Source: Nannocystis sp. ILAH1
GTDB lineage: Bacteria; Myxococcota_A; Polyangia; Nannocystales; Nannocystaceae
Direction: 5' to 3'
DNA length: 64,000 nt
Assembly (NCBI RefSeq): GCF_026626585.1
Contig: NZ_JAPNKD010000014.1
Location: 221,207-285,206, forward strand
Part shown: positions 17,990 to 29,368 of the stretch, piece after piece
Layout of the letters: every line of letters begins with the position of its first letter
Numbering within the stretch: position 1 is the first letter of the stretch
Made by a program: the position numbers and the translations under genes
Notes under the pieces: generated by a model
What the model was told of the DNA's origin: nothing
The model's input: the letters and a program-made list of their open reading frames with translations, nothing else
Database searches by the model: none

Positions 17990-18230
17990 GGGAGCTCAAG
18001 GCTGAGGGGAGGTCCGGGGGTGGCCGCGGTGCCCTGGGGCGGGAGCTCGATGGTTCGGGCGAAGGTCCGATGACGGCTGCCTCGGGGCGAGAGCTCATGG
18101 CTCAGGCTGAGGCCCGACGCCTCGGTGCCCTGAGGGGCAGCTCGAGGGTCCGGGCGAAGGTCCGATGACGGCTGCCTCGCGGCGCGAGAGCTCGCGGCTC
18201 AGGCGGAGGTCCGATTGTCGGGGGTGGCCG
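17990..18230. repeat. degenerate direct repeats homologous to the 3' end of the upstream lspA paralog
   Basis: GGGCGAAGGTCCGATGACGGCTGCCTCG...GGCTCAGGC(G/T)GAGG(T/C)CCGA repeated at ~18055 and ~18140, resembling CTCAGGCGGCGGTCCGATTGTCGG at 18278-18300. Confidence 0.4.
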
Positions 18231-18279
18231 CAAGAGACTCAGGCAGATGGTTGCCTCGACGCTTGGGGCCGCACGAGGC

Positions 18280-18816
18280 TCAGGCGGCGGTCCGATTGTC
18301 GGCGGCGGCCTCGGTGCGCGGCAGCACGAGCAGGAACAACAGCACGCCCGCGACCAGGACGGCGTCGGCGATGTTGAAGGCCGGCCAGGTCTTGCCGCCC
18401 CACAGGTAGACGACGATGAAGTCGACCACGCAGTAGTCGCCGGCGTAGACCCGGACCAGGCGGTCGTGCAGGTTGCCGAGGGCGCCGCCGGCGATCAGGC
18501 CGATGGCGATGAAGGCGGCCCGGCTGGTGGTCGGCAAGGTCCGCGCGAGGTGGACGAGGTAGCCGACCGCGGCCAGGGTGATGACGATGAAGAAGTAGCG
18601 CGCCCAGTCGACGTCGTTGAGGAAGCCGAAGGCAGAGCCGGGATTGCAGGCGAAGTCGAAGTGCAGCAGCTTGTCGCTGACCTTCCAGGCGGCCTGGTCC
18701 CGCAAATTGTTCCAGACCCACGCCTTACTCCAAAGGTCGAGGCCGAGGCTGAGACCGGCGATCACCGCTGCGAGGGCGATCCGCGGTCCGCGTGTGGGTT
18801 CGGGTGGGGCGGCCAT
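18280..18816 (-). CDS. lspA: lipoprotein signal peptidase II, second tandem paralog
   Basis: NPGSAFGFL, GGALGNLHDRL, VVDFI, FNIADAVLVAG; alternative upstream start at 18894. Confidence 0.8.
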   Translation of the reverse strand: MAAPPEPTRGPRIALAAVIAGLSLGLDLWSKAWVWNNLRDQAAWKVSDKLLHFDFACNPGSAFGFLNDVDWARYFFIVITLAAVGYLVHLARTLPTTSRAAFIAIGLIAGGALGNLHDRLVRVYAGDYCVVDFIVVYLWGGKTWPAFNIADAVLVAGVLLFLLVLPRTEAAADNRTAA

Positions 18817-19217
18817 GGCGGGCGCGGAGCATACCAGGGTCGCGCCCGCCGTGAACCCGTTCGCGAGGCGAGATCCGTGACGTCGACCTCGCACGCACGA
18901 CGCGCCCCTGAAGCCGCGGCTCCAGGGCCTCGAGGCCGGCGCTCGTCGTCAGCGGCGGTTCGTCGGTTCGCGCCGGCTCGGTGGCGATCCCGGGAGGTAC
19001 AGGCGATGCTCCGCTGCGCGCGGACCGGCGAGCGCCACAGCGAACGCGTGTTGCCGGAGCGAGGATGCTTCGAACGACGCAGGGAGGCAGTCAGGCCAGG
19101 GGCCGTCCAACGAGGCGCACGTGAGCCTCACGGAGCGGATAGCTCGACGCGAAGCCGCTGGCCTGCTGTCGGGTCTGCTGCGCCCTCGATCGTCTCGGGC
19201 GCAGTAGGTCAACTCTG

Positions 19218-19270
19218 CTTCGAACAGCGGTGCGACTCGAAGCAGAGCTTCTAATCTTGATTTACAGGCG
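19218..19270 (+). terminator. perfect 11-bp stem-loop (CTCTGCTTCGA...TCGAAGCAGAG) followed by AT-rich tract CTTCTAATCTTGATTT
   Basis: read directly; locally AT-rich in a ~72% GC genome; lies in an otherwise unexplained ~400-bp intergenic region (18895-19304). Confidence 0.3.
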
Positions 19271-19304
19271 CTGGCGCCGCTGAGCCGTCGCGCTTTCGTT
19301 TGGC

Positions 19305-20204
19305 TCAGGCGCGCTGGAGCAGATCGAACAGGGCCGGGCGGCGGCGGCGGGGCCACGTCGAGCGCGGGTGGGCGAGCGCTCGCCGACCGCGAGAGACCCG
19401 CTGGTCCATGGCCTGGCGAGTCATGCCGTCGAGGGCGACGGGCCGCTCGGCCTGCAGTTCGGTGAGCTCGCGCCGCTCCTCGCCCAGCAGCGCGGCCAGG
19501 GCGTTCTCCAGCAGGACGGCCTCGGGCAGGCGGAGCTCGCGGAGGGCGGCGCGGAGGCGGGCGCGCATGCGCAGCTCCTCGCGGGTGTCCTCGCCGGTGT
19601 CGCGCAGCTCCTCGGCGCGCGACTGGGCGTCGCGGGCGAGCGAGACCGAGGCGGACGCGAGCAGGACGGTCAGCGGGCGGACCTCGGGATCGGCGAGCTC
19701 GGGGCGGTGGAGGAGCGTCGCTACCTCGGTGTAGGCGATCGCGTCGACGTCGGACTCCTCGCCGCCGACGACCTCGAACTCCTCGCCGCGGAAGGCGGTG
19801 ACGAACAGGCGCAGGCGGATGGCCTCGAACACCAGCAGCTCGGCCAGGGCAGCCTGGAGGGCGCTGCGCCGGTCGTCCTCGTCGCCGCCGCGGGCGAAGT
19901 CGAAGAGCATGTGCTGCAGCGGCGGATTGCCGGCTCCGTTGGCGGCGAGCCGGGCCCACGGCTCCAGCTCTTCCGGTATCTCGAGGAAGAGGGCGTCGCG
20001 CAGGCCCTGGTGGAAGCCCTGGAGGGCCGGGAAACGCGGGTCGCGGACCGCGGTCAACAAAGAAAGGCCCTGGCGGCGCGCGCGCAGGGCCTCGTCGGCG
20101 AGGACGTCGAGCTCGGACTGGAGCTCCACCACATCAAGAGGGGCGGCGACGCCGCCACCGGCCGGGAGAGGAAGGAGGTGGGTGACGGCGGCGGCGACGT
20201 TCAT
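19305..20204 (-). CDS. hypothetical protein (299 aa, acidic, helical)
   Basis: coherent single frame with codon bias; no recognised motif. Confidence 0.45.
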   Translation of the reverse strand: MNVAAAVTHLLPLPAGGGVAAPLDVVELQSELDVLADEALRARRQGLSLLTAVRDPRFPALQGFHQGLRDALFLEIPEELEPWARLAANGAGNPPLQHMLFDFARGGDEDDRRSALQAALAELLVFEAIRLRLFVTAFRGEEFEVVGGEESDVDAIAYTEVATLLHRPELADPEVRPLTVLLASASVSLARDAQSRAEELRDTGEDTREELRMRARLRAALRELRLPEAVLLENALAALLGEERRELTELQAERPVALDGMTRQAMDQRVSRGRRALAHPRSTWPRRRRPALFDLLQRA

Positions 20205-20246
20205 GGCGTGCTCAGGGGTTTAACCACCCGCCCGAGGCACGCAAGA

Positions 20247-21128
20247 TCAGGGGCTCGCCGGGGTGTGAGAGGGATGCCGGAGGGCCACGCGCAGCAGCGT
20301 CTTCAGGCGCGCGTTGCCGACCCGCTTGCCGATCGCGGCCGGACCCGCGGGCCGCTCCCATCGGGGGGGCGGCCGTCCGGCGAGGGCGGCGAGGCGAGCG
20401 AAGATCTCACGCCGCGGGGTGTGGTCGTCGTCGACGACGTTGATGACGCCGCGCTCGTCCGGCGCGAGGGTCAAGGCGGCGAGGACGGCCTGCACTGCGT
20501 CCTCGCAGTGGATGAGGTTGGTCGGCTGCATGCCGTCGCCCGCCAGGACTGCGTCGTCGCCGGCGCCGCGGTAGAGGCGGAACAGCTCGCGACCCGGACC
20601 GTAGAGGCCGCCGAGACGGAGGATCGTCCACGGCACCGCATGGCGCGTGCAGGTGTCGCGCACCAGCTCCTCGGCCTCGCGCTGCACGCGGCCCCGCGGC
20701 TCTTCGGGCCACTCGAGGCAGTCGTCGTCGAGCCAGCCATCGCGGTCGGGCAGGGCCGAGGTGGATGAGACGTAGACGAGGCGGGTGAGCGGGAGGGTGA
20801 CTGCGGCCGCGAGCAGCCGACGGGTGCCCTCGACGTAGAGCTCGCGGCGGTCCTGCTGCTGGCCGGGGGCGTAGCAGACGACCAGCGCACGCGCGTCGGC
20901 GAGGACCGCGGCGATGTCGGCAGGGGTGAGCGCGGCGACGTCGAGCGGGCGGAGCTCGATGCCCTCCGGGACATGTCCGTTGGGCCATGTCCCGGAGCGC
21001 GTGGTCGCAAGGACAGGCGGATCGCCAGCGCCCCCGGTCGCCGCGAGCGCGGCAGCGACGGGGGCGCCGAGGAAGCCGGCGCCGACGACGGCGACCGGGC
21101 GAGCGAGGGGAGACGCGCCGCTGGGCAC
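20247..21128 (-). CDS. NAD-dependent epimerase/dehydratase family protein
   Basis: GTG start; Rossmann VAVVGAGFLG; YGPGR and NLIHCEDA regions; the 481-aa ORF in the track is an upstream extension. Confidence 0.65.
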   Translation of the reverse strand: MPSGASPLARPVAVVGAGFLGAPVAAALAATGGAGDPPVLATTRSGTWPNGHVPEGIELRPLDVAALTPADIAAVLADARALVVCYAPGQQQDRRELYVEGTRRLLAAAVTLPLTRLVYVSSTSALPDRDGWLDDDCLEWPEEPRGRVQREAEELVRDTCTRHAVPWTILRLGGLYGPGRELFRLYRGAGDDAVLAGDGMQPTNLIHCEDAVQAVLAALTLAPDERGVINVVDDDHTPRREIFARLAALAGRPPPRWERPAGPAAIGKRVGNARLKTLLRVALRHPSHTPASP

Positions 21129-21139
21129 GCGCGGCTCGC

Positions 21140-21892
21140 TCAGAACGACACGCCGCCGCCGAGCAGGAGGTTCAGGCGGGCGATGAAGAAGGCCGGGCAG
21201 GCGCCTGGGGCGGCGCCGCAGCCGTAGCCGTAGCGCGGGCCGAAGCTCATGTCGAACTGCGGGAACTGCAGCCACACGATCCAGCGGTCGTCGAGCATGA
21301 GCTTGAGACCGACGCCGAACTGCAGGTTCGCGGCGTGGTTCGTGTAGTGGTAGTAGGCGCCGTTGTAGTAGTTCCAGCGGTCCGACAGCAGCTGGTAGCC
21401 CAGCGAGACGTTCGGCGAGATGTAGAGGCCGAGGTCGCGCTTGACCTGGATGTCGTAGGTGAACTTGGGCGCGATGACGAAGCCGAAGCGGCGGTAGCCG
21501 AACTCCTCGTTGAGAAGGACGCCCAGCGCCGGGCCGGAGGCGTTGCCGCTGAAGTGGCCGCTGAACTCCTGGGTCAGCTTGAACGAGCCCCAGTAGCCGA
21601 AGCCGCCGTAGCGACACGGGAAGCCGGGTGCTCCGCAGCCGGGGCCGTAGTAGCCGGCGTCGTAGTAGTGCGACGAACCGCCGATGCCCCACGAGGGGCC
21701 GAGGCCGAACAGGAACTGCATCGGGCGGGTGCCTGGTCGCAGCACTCGAGGAACGGCCGCTTCAGCGTTCGAGGGGGCGACCGTGCTGCCGAGGAGGGCG
21801 GCGCCGAGCGCCGCGGTGGCGAGGCCGAAGCGACGTCGGCGACGACCAGTAGTGACAGGCAGGGGACGGTCCGAGGTGGTGGCCTGGGTCAT
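21140..21892 (-). CDS. secreted Gly/Tyr-rich protein, possible outer-membrane beta-barrel
   Basis: RRRRRF Tat-like signal, alternating aromatic/Gly beta-strand pattern, C-terminal ...GGGVSF. Confidence 0.5.
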   Translation of the reverse strand: MTQATTSDRPLPVTTGRRRRRFGLATAALGAALLGSTVAPSNAEAAVPRVLRPGTRPMQFLFGLGPSWGIGGSSHYYDAGYYGPGCGAPGFPCRYGGFGYWGSFKLTQEFSGHFSGNASGPALGVLLNEEFGYRRFGFVIAPKFTYDIQVKRDLGLYISPNVSLGYQLLSDRWNYYNGAYYHYTNHAANLQFGVGLKLMLDDRWIVWLQFPQFDMSFGPRYGYGCGAAPGACPAFFIARLNLLLGGGVSF

Positions 21893-22063
21893 GGGGACTC
21901 CTGCGAGCGAGGGAAGGGGCACGCTCCGTAGACCGGGGCGCGCGCGGTGATTCTAACGTGTCTTGCGGCGAGCACGGAAGTTCGGGGTTGCTCGGAGAAA
22001 CTCCCGGGGGTGAAGGCACCCAAGGCACTGCCGCCGACGCGAGTGTGATCTACGCTGCGGTCG

Positions 22064-22798
22064 GTGCCAGGTGATCGAGGCGACGAGGCGGCGATTAGCA
22101 TTCGTGCGCAGACGCGCACCGCTCGCCACCAGCGGCTCGCTGCGGCGATCGAGACGCGTCGGCTCGAGCGCCGCCGGCGAGCGAAGATCCTGGCGATCTG
22201 GGCGGTCGTGTCGACGATCGCGGTCGTCGTCACCGCGCTCATCCGTGGGGTGTTTGACCCGCTCGAGCTGGTGTTTTTCGCGAGCACGCTGGGGACGATC
22301 GCGTTCGCGTCGTTCTCCGGGGTGCTCGCTCGCCCGCTGCCGTTGATGGAGCGGCAAGCGCTGGCGGGCGCGGACGCGGCGCTGGCCCTCGACCACCTGC
22401 CGCCTCGCGTGGCCGAGCTGGCCCGAGAGACACGCGCGCTGCGGCTCGCGGTCGAGGCCGCCGACCCGGCCGACGCGGCGATCGACGCCTGGGTGTGGAG
22501 CTGGATCCGCAGCGTCCGCGAGCTCGGGCCCGAGGAGCGCGAGCTGATCGCCCATGTCGGGATCTCGACCCACGACGTCGAGGCGGTGCTGCTCGGCGAG
22601 GCGCTCGACGCTGGCCCGGCGGACGGCCCCGTGGACAACCCCGCGCTGCCGGCCAGGCGCGCGGCGGGACGGGGTCCGCGGCTGGCACCGGTCGAATTGG
22701 CGGTGCTGGTGCGCCGGGTCGAGCTGCTGGCCGAGCACTTCGAGGCGTTCGAGGTGGCGCTGCTGCGCTACCGGCCGGGGACCTACCGCGGGTCCTGA
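22064..22798 (+). CDS. hypothetical membrane protein
   Basis: two N-terminal TM helices (ILAIWAVVSTIAVVV, VFFASTLGTIAFASF), no known domain. Confidence 0.45.
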   Translation: MPGDRGDEAAISIRAQTRTARHQRLAAAIETRRLERRRRAKILAIWAVVSTIAVVVTALIRGVFDPLELVFFASTLGTIAFASFSGVLARPLPLMERQALAGADAALALDHLPPRVAELARETRALRLAVEAADPADAAIDAWVWSWIRSVRELGPEERELIAHVGISTHDVEAVLLGEALDAGPADGPVDNPALPARRAAGRGPRLAPVELAVLVRRVELLAEHFEAFEVALLRYRPGTYRGS

Positions 22799-22846
22799 GG
22801 GACATGTCTGTCACGACATGTCCACCGCGACATGTCCTTCAGGACT
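22797..22846. repeat. REP-like cluster: three GACATGTCC palindromes spaced 13 bp in a 40-bp convergent intergenic gap
   Basis: GAGGGACATGTCTGTCACGACATGTCCACCGCGACATGTCCTTCAGG read directly. Confidence 0.65.
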
Positions 22847-23750
22847 CGCGGAAGCTGACCATGACGGCGTGGGCGTCGTGCTTGTGCTCGAAGTTGGTGG
22901 CGCGGCGGAAGGCGGTGGCGTCGACGACGATCGGGTGCTTGATGTGGGCGACGGCGCCGGGCGGCAGGTAGGGCAGGCCGAAGCGGCCGGCGCTGTACTT
23001 GAAGAGCGGCTCGGGGATCGGGATCGGCTGGCGGCCGGTGCCGCGGGCCAGCGTCGACAGCGGGACGGGCGGCGGGCCGGCGACGTTGTAGATCCCGTTG
23101 AGCTGGTGATCGACGGCGCGCACGATCGCCTCGACGCCGTCCTCGTCGTGCATGAAGTGGTAGAGCGGATCGAAGCCGAGGATCATCGGCACCCGCGGGC
23201 CGGCGAGGAAGCTGGCGAGGGTGCCGCGGTGCGTCGGGCCGAGCATGTAGACCATGCGCAGGACGGCGGTCTTGAGCCCGGGCCAGCGCCACAGCGCGGC
23301 GGCGGCGAACAGGTCGGCGGCGACGAGGTCGGCCAGCTCGGGGAAGGTCGAGACGGCCAGCGGCGGCTCCTCCTCGGTGCGGTACAGCGGCGCGTCGGGG
23401 GCGGCGCCGTAGATCGTGTGGCGGCCGACGAACACGGCCTGCTTGACGCCGAACTCGTGGCAGTACTCGAACACGAGGCGCGTGCCGTGGAGGTTGATGC
23501 GCAGCCGCTCCTCGGCGCTGGCGGTGAAGTGAGTGATCGTCGCCATGTGGATGACGACGTCGGGCCGGTGCTGGCGGAACACGTCGGCGGCCGGCCGCTT
23601 GCGCACGTCGGTCTGGAACACGTGCACGCCCTCGGGCGCGTCGGGCCAGGGGCGGCGGTCGATGCCGAGGATCTCGTCGCCGCGGGCGCGCAGGCGCAGG
23701 GCGACCATGCGCGCGTGGGCGCCGTTGATGCCGGTGATCAGGATCTTCAT
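22839..23750 (-). CDS. NAD-dependent epimerase/dehydratase (SDR extended family)
   Basis: MKILITGINGAHARMV Rossmann start; ATG overlaps stop of upstream acyltransferase (ATGA). Confidence 0.75.
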   Translation of the reverse strand: MKILITGINGAHARMVALRLRARGDEILGIDRRPWPDAPEGVHVFQTDVRKRPAADVFRQHRPDVVIHMATITHFTASAEERLRINLHGTRLVFEYCHEFGVKQAVFVGRHTIYGAAPDAPLYRTEEEPPLAVSTFPELADLVAADLFAAAALWRWPGLKTAVLRMVYMLGPTHRGTLASFLAGPRVPMILGFDPLYHFMHDEDGVEAIVRAVDHQLNGIYNVAGPPPVPLSTLARGTGRQPIPIPEPLFKYSAGRFGLPYLPPGAVAHIKHPIVVDATAFRRATNFEHKHDAHAVMVSFRES

Positions 23751-24667
23751 GGTTCGGAGTCGGGGTCGGTCGGGCCGGAGGTCGAGGCGGGCGCGGCGGA
23801 GGACGAGCCGGACGAGCTGTCCTCGGGTTCCTGTGCGAAAGTTCCGTCGGTGCGCTGGCGGTGGAGCGCGCAGCCGCGGAGGACCAGCAGCTCGACGACG
23901 CTCTTGACCTGCTCGACGTAGCCCTCGATGACCTCGTCGGGCTCGCGGCCGGTGCCGGGGAAGTGCATCGGCTTGCCGTAGTGGATCTCGCAGCCGAGCG
24001 GCAGCGGGAACGGGACGAGGTACGGAGGGACCGGCCAGTAGGGCGCGCCGACGATCTTGGCCAGAGTCTTGGCGTGGTAGATGGTGGGGAGCGCTTCCTC
24101 GCCGCCGATGAAGGCGAAGGGGACGATCGGCGCGCCGGTCTGCAGGGCGATCCGCATGAAGCCGGTGCCGAACTGGACCAGGCGGTAGCGATCCTTGAAG
24201 AGCTTGCCGGTGCCGCGCGCGCCCTCGGGGAAGATCATCAGCAGGCGGCCGTCCTGCAGCAGCCGCAAGGCGTGCTCGGGCAGGCCGGGGAGCTGACCGA
24301 CGCGCGAGAACCACTCCGAGACGAAGGGCCAGTTGCCGGCGAACTTCTCGACCATGCCGGTGGCGTGGCGCGGGAGGTCGCGGCCGAAGAACAGCGAGGC
24401 GAGCACCATGCCGCCGTCGACCGGCAGGCCGCCCGAGTGGTTGCCGACGAGCATCGCGCCGCCGCGCTCCGGCACGTTGTCGATGCCGAAACACTTCACC
24501 CGGAAGTAATTTTTGTAGAAGACCTCGAGCATCGAATAGAAGACGCCGAGGTGCTTCTTGGAGATCCCGAACGGATCCATGCCGTATTGATTGAACGGTA
24601 GCTCGAGACGTTCGAGGCGGTCCCGGACGTCGCGGCTGGTGAGAGTCTCGAGGCGGAACGGTCCCAT
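23747..24667 (-). CDS. 1-acyl-sn-glycerol-3-phosphate acyltransferase family (LPLAT/PlsC-like)
   Basis: VGNHSGGLPVDG (HX4D-type block), FPEGARGTGK block. Confidence 0.75.
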   Translation of the reverse strand: MGPFRLETLTSRDVRDRLERLELPFNQYGMDPFGISKKHLGVFYSMLEVFYKNYFRVKCFGIDNVPERGGAMLVGNHSGGLPVDGGMVLASLFFGRDLPRHATGMVEKFAGNWPFVSEWFSRVGQLPGLPEHALRLLQDGRLLMIFPEGARGTGKLFKDRYRLVQFGTGFMRIALQTGAPIVPFAFIGGEEALPTIYHAKTLAKIVGAPYWPVPPYLVPFPLPLGCEIHYGKPMHFPGTGREPDEVIEGYVEQVKSVVELLVLRGCALHRQRTDGTFAQEPEDSSSGSSSAAPASTSGPTDPDSEP

Positions 24668-24883
24668 CCGGCTCGAAGAAGTCTCAGGCGGCGCGGGTCC
24701 TGAAGCAAGTCGCACGCGAGAAGCCGCGGCGAGCGAGGTTCTGCATGGCTCAGGACGCTGCGGTCCGGACCGCGCGCCGGGGCGGTACCACTGCCGCGGC
24801 TGCGGCATTTCGAGCGGCGCTCGCATGCCCTCGCGCGCCCGGGCTCCGGCGCGAGGGCGACGCGAAGCAACCCCGGGGCGAGG

Positions 24884-25981
<1,098 letters not shown>

Positions 25982-26070
25982 ATCCGAACGTTAGGCCGGC
26001 CACTGCGCGTTTGCAAGCGTGTTTGCCGCGCGCGTCGATGCGAACGTCGATCGAGCGCAACTCCGCGCCG

Positions 26071-26114
26071 AACAAACACGAAAGGCCCGGATGTCGCCAG
26101 GACATCGCGGGCCC
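26071..26114 (-). terminator. intrinsic terminator of mdh-sucCD operon
   Basis: on minus strand: GGGCCCGCGATGTC-CTGGC-GACATCCGGGCC stem-loop followed by UUUCGUGUUUGUUC. Confidence 0.5.
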
Positions 26115-26135
26115 GCGCGCGCACGGTGTCGATGC

Positions 26136-27025
26136 TTACGCGCTGGTCTTGGCCCCGAGCACGCGAGCCATGGTCGAGCCGAGGTCGGAGGGCGTGTCGG
26201 CGATCGTCACGCCAGCCTCGCGCAGCGCGGCCAGCTTGGCGTCGGCGGTGCCCTTGCCGCCCGAGATGATGGCGCCCGCGTGGCCCATGCGCTTGCCCGG
26301 CGGGGCGGTGACGCCGGCGATGAAGCCGACCACCGGCTTGGTGACGTGCTCGCGAATGAAGGCCGCGCCGTCCTCTTCGGCCGAGCCGCCGATCTCGCCG
26401 ATCATGATGATGCCCTCGGTCTCCGGGTCGTCCTGGAACAACTTGAGGCAGTCGACGAAGTTGGTGCCGTTGACCGGATCACCGCCGATGCCGATGGCGG
26501 TGCTCTGGCCGAGGCCGAGCGTGGTCAGCTGATGCACGGCCTCGTAGGTGAGGGTGCCGGAGCGCGAGACGACGCCGACGCGGCCGGGGGTGTGGATGTA
26601 GCCGGGCATGATGCCGATCCGGCACTGCTTCGGCGTGATGATGCCGGGGCAGTTGGGGCCGAGCAGGCGCGAGCCGGGCTTGTCCTGCAGGAACCGCTTG
26701 GCCTTGACCATGTCGGCCACCGGGATGCCCTCGGTGATGCAGACGATCAGCGGCACGCCGGCGTCCGCGGCCTCCATGATCGCGTCGGCGGCGAACGGCG
26801 GCGGCACGAAGATGACGCTGGCGTTGGCGCCGGTCTTCTCGACGGCGTCGCGCACGGTGTGGAACACCGGGACGCGGCCGTTCAGCACGGTCTCGCCGCC
26901 CTTGCCGGGCGTGACGCCGCCGACGACTTGAGTGCCGTAGGCGAGCGACTGCTCGGCGTGGAAGAGGCCGACCTTGCCGGTGATGCCCTGGACGATGAGG
27001 CGGGTGTTCTTGTCGACGAGGACGC

Positions 27026-27029
<4 letters not shown>
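26136..27029 (-). CDS. sucD: succinyl-CoA synthetase alpha subunit
   Basis: [18 protein letters not shown], CoA-binding and His-phosphorylation loop regions; start overlaps sucC stop. Confidence 0.9.
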
Positions 27030-28224
<1,195 letters not shown>

Positions 28225-28225
<1 letters not shown>

Positions 28226-29190
28226 CAGGTCGCCTGGCCTTTCCCGTAGGGCAGGAGGGCCACCAGCTCGCGCACGGCGTTGGCCGAGACCTCGAGCATG
28301 CCCTTCTCCTTGTCGCCGAGCTTCATCTCGATGACCTTCTCGACGCCGCCCTTGCCGAGCACGCACGGGACGCCGATGAAGAGGTCGCTGTAGCCGTACT
28401 CGCCACCCAGCAGCGCGGCGCACGGGAGCACGCGCTTGCGGTCGCGGACGATCGACTCGACCATCGCCACCGAGGCCGCCGCCGGCGCGTAGTAGCCGGA
28501 GTAGCCGAGCAGGCCGACGATCTCGCCGCCGCCGCCGCGGGTGCGCTGGATGATGGCGTCGATCTTGTCCTGCGGAAGTAGCTCGGTCAGCGGGATGCCG
28601 GCCACCGAGGTGTGGCTCGGCAGCGGGACCATGGTGTCGCCGTGGCCGCCGAGGACCATGCCGTGGATGTCGTCGACGCTGACGTTCAGCGCCTCGGAGA
28701 TGAAGTACTTGTAGCGCGCCGTGTCGAGCACGCCGGCCATGCCGATCACGCGCTCCTTGGGGAAGCCCGACTCGGCGTACATGACGTGGCACATGGCGTC
28801 GAGCGGGTTCGAGACGCAGATCAGCACCGCGTTCGGCGAGCGGCTGGCGATCTCGCGGGTCACGCCGCCGACGATCTTGCGGTTGATCTCGACGAGCTCG
28901 TCGCGGCTGGTGAACTTGCCGGTGACCGGGTCCTTCTTGCGCGGCACGCCGGCGGTGATCACGACGACATCGCTGTCGGCCGTCTCGTCGTAGCCGTTGG
29001 TGCCGACGATCTTGAGGTCGAAGCCCATGACGGGCGCGGCCTCGGCGAGGTCGAGGGCCTTGCCCTGCGGTACGCCCTGGGCGATGTCGACGAGGACGAT
29101 GTCGCCGAGGTGCTTCTGGGCGGCCCAGTGCGCGGCCGTCGCCCCGACGTTGCCGGCTCCCACGATCGTGATCTTGTTGCGACGTGACAT
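28225..29190 (-). CDS. mdh: malate dehydrogenase (LDH-like MDH)
   Basis: [33 protein letters not shown] motifs. Confidence 0.9.
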
Positions 29191-29368
29191 GTGCGAGATC
29201 TTTCCCCCTAGGAGGTCCGCGCTGCATATACCAGCCGCGGAGGCATCGGAGCAACGGCGGCGGAGCGGCCGATGAACGCTGATCTCGCGCTCCTCCGCGA
29301 ATCTCCGCCAAAAGTGCGGGATCGCGCCGGTTCCGGACGGACGACCGACGCCGAATCGGACCCGGCGA

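Noticed and set aside
17208-18894. lspA pair as the resistance genes of a myxovirescin (TA)-type cluster together with the HMGS cassette at the window start
   Set aside because: About 13 kb of unrelated housekeeping genes (nadB, pgsA, pabB, cdnL) separate them, and both copies are adjacent to each other like the housekeeping lspA1/lspA2 pair. Linkage is not supported within this window.
20966-20996. GGACATGTCC / GGCCATGTCCC pair inside the epimerase CDS as a REP element. Similar coding-region occurrences at 950-970, 36715-36740, 58110-58140 and 63575-63600.
   Set aside because: These lie within well-supported coding frames (e.g. encoding NGHVPEG) and lack the clustered hairpin context. They are treated as chance or codon-driven matches.
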